Below the pieces are notes generated by a model. The model searched no databases and was not told the DNA's origin. It saw only the letters and a list, made by a program, of their open reading frames with translations. 64,000 bases of DNA from a virus. The stretch lies in IMG/VR virus record IMGVR_UViG_3300032240_002475, positions 58,291 through 122,290 of that record, one strand, 5' to 3'. The position numbers and the translations under genes were made by a program. This document shows positions 59,299 to 64,000 of this stretch, in pieces (the stretch's first letter is position 1; the number at the start of each line of letters is the position of its first letter).

Positions 59299-62200
59299 AT
59301 GGGAAGTCCTTTAGATTTTATAAATTCGGATGGTTTTAGAAAGAAGCTTGTCACAAGGAATTTAACTCCTTATGCTAAAGCCCCTAATCGACCTACGCCC
59401 CCAATTAATTTTGAATATATTCAATCAGACTCATCTGTTCAAGATAGTCCCGACCAATTAATAGATGAGCCAAGTTTTGCTAATCAACTATATCCACTTA
59501 ATCAATATGGTAACGACGGTGGTTACGAACAAGTTCCAGACCCAAATGGTTTGTTAAATATTAAATCAAACGAAGGTGAATACGGATTTCAAGATGCTCA
59601 CATTGTAGACCAATCATTACCTGAATCACAAAAATGGAAACCACTGAATGTTTATTCAAATGGTTCTCAAATACAATTAGATAGTGCAGAGTTTTTTAGT
59701 TCTTTAGATAAACCACAAACAACAAACAATTATAACAACCAACCATATCCAACAACATTTGTACCATCAAGTTATAATCCCGTTTCAATTTTATTATCAC
59801 CAGACCCCTCGGGAAGTAATGGTTTTGTAAGTCAAGATTCCTATATTGTTAAATTAGGGGCTCAAACACTAAGAAAAGAGTTTGAGGCAAGAATTGCCGC
59901 ACAGATTAGAAAAGATACTTTAGGTAGAGCCAATGTTTTGAACATCAATAGTGGAACAGACCTTGTTAATATTTTGACAGGGAACGTACCGTTAATTGAA
60001 CCAAACTATACAATCACAGTTGACGCCAATCCTATTTTGGCGGCAACCAACTTTGCGTTAAGACTTGCGGGTAGTATATTACCTGTGTCACCAATCCCTG
60101 GTTCGTATTGGGATACAAGTATTAATACAGGACAACCTGGTACAATACAACAAACCTTATTGGGTAATCCTCAAAGTGTAGTCTCTAAGTTTTTCAATAA
60201 ATTATTAGGTGGAGGACAAACAGGTACTCAAATATTTTATAACAATACAGGACCAGGGCAAAAGTCATTATTGTTTAAAAACATTGACTATAACAGATAC
60301 AAACCAAACTACGATAGAACTTTATTAAATAGACTTGGGGGTGCACTTGTCGGAGCTACAACAAACAACTCAAATTATTATGTCGGTTCAATCACTGCAG
60401 ACCCGTCAAGAGTGTTTTCGCCTGGTGGTGAAGTTCCCGTTAATCAATTTGGACAAGAACAACAAGACCCTGTTTATGGACCTTCTGAGTTAGCTCAACT
60501 TTATGAAGGACCAAGTAAGGAGATTAGATTAGGTGCGAACGGACCTACATATTCAAGCGGTGGAGGTATTGAGGGCGGTTTTACATGGGTGTCGCCAAAA
60601 TATAAAGGAAACGCTGGAAAGACTGTAGGTGTTGGTGGAGTAATAGTAAGACAAAACTCTGACTTTAAACCATCATCATATAATTCAACTGAATCAACAG
60701 AAAGAACGCTTAAGGGTGGTTCTATATTAGAAAAGACTCAAAGAATCATTGATAGTCAACCACAGGGTGGTAAAAGATTACAACACGTTGGAAATGCAAT
60801 TGACCAAGTTAGTAAAGTTTTTAATGATGGATATAAAGAATTAACTAAAGGTTCAAGAGTATTAACATATGTTGGTTCAATTGGTAATGAGGTTGGTACT
60901 GAATATTGTAGAGTATTTGCAAAAGATATACCATATCTACAGTACAATGATTTACAAAAAACTGATGGTATTACGACTGAAGGAAGAAGATTCTCTGATT
61001 CTGTTTTAGATAAGACATATAATTTAAATATATATCCAAACAAACAAGAGGGAGGGAAAGATTCAACAAACCTTATCGGTTCAACAACTAATGCCTATGC
61101 TAAAAAGTATATGTTCTCTTTAGAAAATTTAGCATGGAGAACTTCAAGTACTCCAGGATTTACTGTCTCTGACTTAGCTATATGTGAAAGAGGACCTAAC
61201 GGTGGTAGAGTTATGTGGTTCGCACCTTATGGATTGACATTTAGTGAAAACACTTCAACAAACTGGAATCAAAGTGATTTTTTAGGTAGACCTGAACCAA
61301 TATATACGTATAAAAATACATCGAGAACAGGTTCATTATCTTGGAAAATAGTTGTTGACCATCCGTCAGTGTTGAATGTTATTGTTAATAAAGTTTTAAA
61401 TAATGAGACAAACAAAGCAAGAATTGATGGAATGTTAGATTCGTTTTTTGCGGGATGTTTAAAATACGACTTGTATGCTTTGGCAAAAAAATATTATAAT
61501 GTGCCTCCAGGCGATTTATACTTGTTACAACAAGCTATTACAAGTAAAACAATTACCAAAGAACAAATGCAATACTCAATCAATACCATTCAAACAGGTA
61601 AAGATGGGGGTCAAGGTCAAGACGTTGCTGGAAATCCAACAACAAACCCATTTGAAAAATGGAATAACACCGCATTTTATTTTGGGAATGATTATCCTAA
61701 ACCAAATACAACAATAAATTATACAGAAGAATATACTAGATATACTTCTGATGCTAATAAAAATTACTACAAAACAAAATCACCATCAACTGCTGAACAA
61801 ACATCATTGTTTTTTACAAATGTTGTAGAGGCTAACTACAAACAAATGCAAGAGTTGGCAAATGAACTTGATAAACAATTTACACAAAATCCCGAGGGTA
61901 CAGTAACAATTTATTTTACTTCAAGTTGTTCCGCACCAGCTTCAATAGAATATAACAAAAAATTATCTCAAAGAAGAATAGACGCATCAATCAAATTTTT
62001 TGCTGAAAATGAAAAGACAAAAAAATATTATGTTACCAAAAGATTATTATTACAAACAGACCCAACAAAAAACCCAACTAAAGACCCTGCCAAAAATGTT
62101 GGTGTATTAGGAGAAGAAGCACAAGTAAAACAAATTGACCCAAAAACAGGGTCAGTAATTGCGGGACAAAAAATTATTTGTACTGATGCAAATAGTAGCG

Positions 62201-64000
62201 TGGCTGGTGGAGATTCTGAAAAAGGGAACTCTACTCAAGTGGTAGGTTCTCAAGAAGTTCTAACAACAAACGCAATGGCGTGTAGAAGGTCTTACATATC
62301 TAATATTGCGAATGGATTAATTCCACCTAAGAGTACGCCATCACCACAATACACAGATGTATTAGTTGGAAACGTTGTAACCGATACTGTTACAACTCAA
62401 GAAACTTCAAGAGAGTGGAAAAAAAGAGATAATATAACTAAGTACGTTTTAAGAGTACTTCTTTCAGAGTGTGATTATTTCGAAACAATTAAGGAAGAAA
62501 CACCAATGGTGTTCGACAACTTAAAGGAAAAGTTAAAGTTTTTCCAACCAGCGTTTCACTCAACAACCCCTGAAGGATTGAATACAAGATTAACTTTCTT
62601 ACAACAATGTATGAGACCTGGCGAAACAATCCCAACAATTAAAGATGTTGGGGGTACTCAAGAGGTACAATATAATAATGCAACAAACACCGCATTTGGA
62701 GCACCTCCTGTATTGATATTGAGAGTCGGAGATTTTTACAATACTAAAATTATTCCAACAAGCTTACAATTTCAATACGAACAATTGGATATTAATCCTG
62801 AAGGTATTGGTATTCAACCTATGATTGCAAATGTAACCATGGCGTTTAATTTTGTTGGGGGAAGCGGATTAAAAACTGCGGTTGATAAGTTACAAAATGC
62901 ATTAACATTTAATTATTATGCTAACTCAGAAGTTTGGGATGATAGAGCTGATGTAACAACTGATAAAACAGCCTTTGAAGTTCTTGATAAAGAATTTTTA
63001 GATATGGATAAAGCGCCAGCACCGCCAACATTGAACCAAGCATCACCAAATGCGGGTCAAAGTAATAATAATACGGTTGGTACAATATTAACAAATGTTG
63101 TAACTGCTAGTGGAGAAACTGGTACAATTAGTTATGGTGAATTTATGGCTAAAGTTGTTTTGGATACACAAACATATTTCACTAACGTTGTTAATAAAAC
63201 AAAAGAAACTGTAAATCAATATAATAATGCGGTAAGACAACAATGGATGTTACAAAGGTCATATACCCAAGGAAATTTTACAATAAACAAAGATGATAAA
63301 GTAATAATTTTTGGTAAACCAAATAATGTTGAAAAAAGATTTGATGAGATTTTTGCAACTTTACAAGACAATATTAAAAATGGAACCGAAGAATTTATGA
63401 AATTCATATCTGCACCAATTAGAAATTTTTCACCAAGATTGACAGGAACCGTTCAAGAAAATTATTTTAACTATGTTAAAAATAAAAGAAGTGTTTTTCA
63501 AAATGCAGTAACTAAAATTACACAAGATTTAACAACAGTTGAACAAAGTTATATACAAACACTTGCAAGAGTGAATTTAATAACATATCAAGGAACTTCA
63601 GAACCGAACATAGGTACGGATGGATTTCAGGCAAAGTCAGGACCTGCAAGAGTTTATGTAACAAGTGGGACTACTAAGGTAAGTTCAGGTTCAAATGGTG
63701 CGACAAATACATATACTGAACTTGTTAATGATGTTACTAAAATAGAAACAGACATAGCAGCTTTTAATGATGCAATTTGGGGTAATACCAAGTTTGTTTA
63801 TCCTGGCAATAGTAAATCATATGAAGGTAAATTAGTATTTGAAACGTTGGATAATGGTTCACCAATATCCAAAGATGTTACTGTGAATAATGTTTTTTTA
63901 CCGTTTAGTACAAATGAAATGTTTGATAAGAATGTATTCAGAAGAGTTTATATGATAGTTTCTGATGATGTATTAGATGATAAAAAATATGAAACATTTA
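59299..64000 (+). CDS. Very large baseplate or tube-initiator protein with an OmpA-like domain (>1,567 aa, 3'-truncated, absent from the ORF track)
   Basis: ATG 59299 (MGSPLDF...) with the frame open to the window end; FLGRPEPIYTYKNTSR and PPVLILRVGDFY tube-initiator-like motifs; YNKKLSQRR OmpA-like motif. Confidence 0.8.
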   Translation, partial: MGSPLDFINSDGFRKKLVTRNLTPYAKAPNRPTPPINFEYIQSDSSVQDSPDQLIDEPSFANQLYPLNQYGNDGGYEQVPDPNGLLNIKSNEGEYGFQDAHIVDQSLPESQKWKPLNVYSNGSQIQLDSAEFFSSLDKPQTTNNYNNQPYPTTFVPSSYNPVSILLSPDPSGSNGFVSQDSYIVKLGAQTLRKEFEARIAAQIRKDTLGRANVLNINSGTDLVNILTGNVPLIEPNYTITVDANPILAATNFALRLAGSILPVSPIPGSYWDTSINTGQPGTIQQTLLGNPQSVVSKFFNKLLGGGQTGTQIFYNNTGPGQKSLLFKNIDYNRYKPNYDRTLLNRLGGALVGATTNNSNYYVGSITADPSRVFSPGGEVPVNQFGQEQQDPVYGPSELAQLYEGPSKEIRLGANGPTYSSGGGIEGGFTWVSPKYKGNAGKTVGVGGVIVRQNSDFKPSSYNSTESTERTLKGGSILEKTQRIIDSQPQGGKRLQHVGNAIDQVSKVFNDGYKELTKGSRVLTYVGSIGNEVGTEYCRVFAKDIPYLQYNDLQKTDGITTEGRRFSDSVLDKTYNLNIYPNKQEGGKDSTNLIGSTTNAYAKKYMFSLENLAWRTSSTPGFTVSDLAICERGPNGGRVMWFAPYGLTFSENTSTNWNQSDFLGRPEPIYTYKNTSRTGSLSWKIVVDHPSVLNVIVNKVLNNETNKARIDGMLDSFFAGCLKYDLYALAKKYYNVPPGDLYLLQQAITSKTITKEQMQYSINTIQTGKDGGQGQDVAGNPTTNPFEKWNNTAFYFGNDYPKPNTTINYTEEYTRYTSDANKNYYKTKSPSTAEQTSLFFTNVVEANYKQMQELANELDKQFTQNPEGTVTIYFTSSCSAPASIEYNKKLSQRRIDASIKFFAENEKTKKYYVTKRLLLQTDPTKNPTKDPAKNVGVLGEEAQVKQIDPKTGSVIAGQKIICTDANSSVAGGDSEKGNSTQVVGSQEVLTTNAMACRRSYISNIANGLIPPKSTPSPQYTDVLVGNVVTDTVTTQETSREWKKRDNITKYVLRVLLSECDYFETIKEETPMVFDNLKEKLKFFQPAFHSTTPEGLNTRLTFLQQCMRPGETIPTIKDVGGTQEVQYNNATNTAFGAPPVLILRVGDFYNTKIIPTSLQFQYEQLDINPEGIGIQPMIANVTMAFNFVGGSGLKTAVDKLQNALTFNYYANSEVWDDRADVTTDKTAFEVLDKEFLDMDKAPAPPTLNQASPNAGQSNNNTVGTILTNVVTASGETGTISYGEFMAKVVLDTQTYFTNVVNKTKETVNQYNNAVRQQWMLQRSYTQGNFTINKDDKVIIFGKPNNVEKRFDEIFATLQDNIKNGTEEFMKFISAPIRNFSPRLTGTVQENYFNYVKNKRSVFQNAVTKITQDLTTVEQSYIQTLARVNLITYQGTSEPNIGTDGFQAKSGPARVYVTSGTTKVSSGSNGATNTYTELVNDVTKIETDIAAFNDAIWGNTKFVYPGNSKSYEGKLVFETLDNGSPISKDVTVNNVFLPFSTNEMFDKNVFRRVYMIVSDDVLDDKKYETF

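Noticed and set aside
2288-63407. Numerous 60-108 aa ORFs antisense to or nested in long genes (e.g. 34536-34778, 57010-57309, 60756-61043)
   Set aside because: They are shadow frames of real genes with no recognisable motifs; those opposite the Thr/Pro tracts simply mirror the repeat
1-64000. Eukaryotic giant virus origin, suggested by GME, STELLO-like, GT60, SMARCAL1-like and mucin-like genes
   Set aside because: Contractile sheath, tube, neck, spike, tape measure, a sigma factor, coupled operons and Rho-independent terminators indicate a bacteriophage
1-64000. Stop-codon reassignment as in some large phages
   Set aside because: Known genes are full length in the standard code, and TAA, TAG and TGA all end genes at sensible positions
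1-64000. tRNA, rRNA, integrase, transposase, reverse transcriptase or DGR
   Set aside because: None recognised by eye and intergenic spaces are short; a tRNAscan or Infernal run would be needed to exclude small RNAs

Overview
64 kb, AT-rich, gene-dense fragment of a large contractile-tailed phage (T4-like or jumbo myovirus architecture), read in the standard genetic code. The host is probably a Bacteroidetes: there is a TTTG-N19-TAnnTTTG promoter, a Bacteroidetes-style signal peptide and no obvious Shine-Dalgarno sites. Virion genes include a spike, neck, head closure, tail terminator, sheath, tube, chaperone, tape measure and a >1,567-aa baseplate ORF that the ORF track missed. Replication and metabolism genes include PolB, a SNF2 helicase, a 3'-5' exonuclease, dUTPase, PhoH and NadE, and there is a gp55-like late sigma factor. 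The strongest candidate for an undescribed system is phage-encoded mucin-type protein glycosylation. Four Cys-rich, Thr/Pro-repeat proteins lie directly upstream of a GT60 (polypeptide GlcNAc-transferase-like) gene plus GT25 and HtrL-like transferases. An ~18 kb sugar-nucleotide, glycosyltransferase and methyltransferase operon lies nearby and ends in the late sigma factor. A second candidate is a set of enzymes (SOD-nuclease fusion, WYL, HAD) carrying (L/I/V)-x-E motifs typical of protease-processed head cargo. Also seen: a recurring TATTTAT upstream motif, a likely +1/-2 tail-chaperone frameshift and two structured 5' leaders. All family assignments come from motif recognition by eye; no database searches were run.
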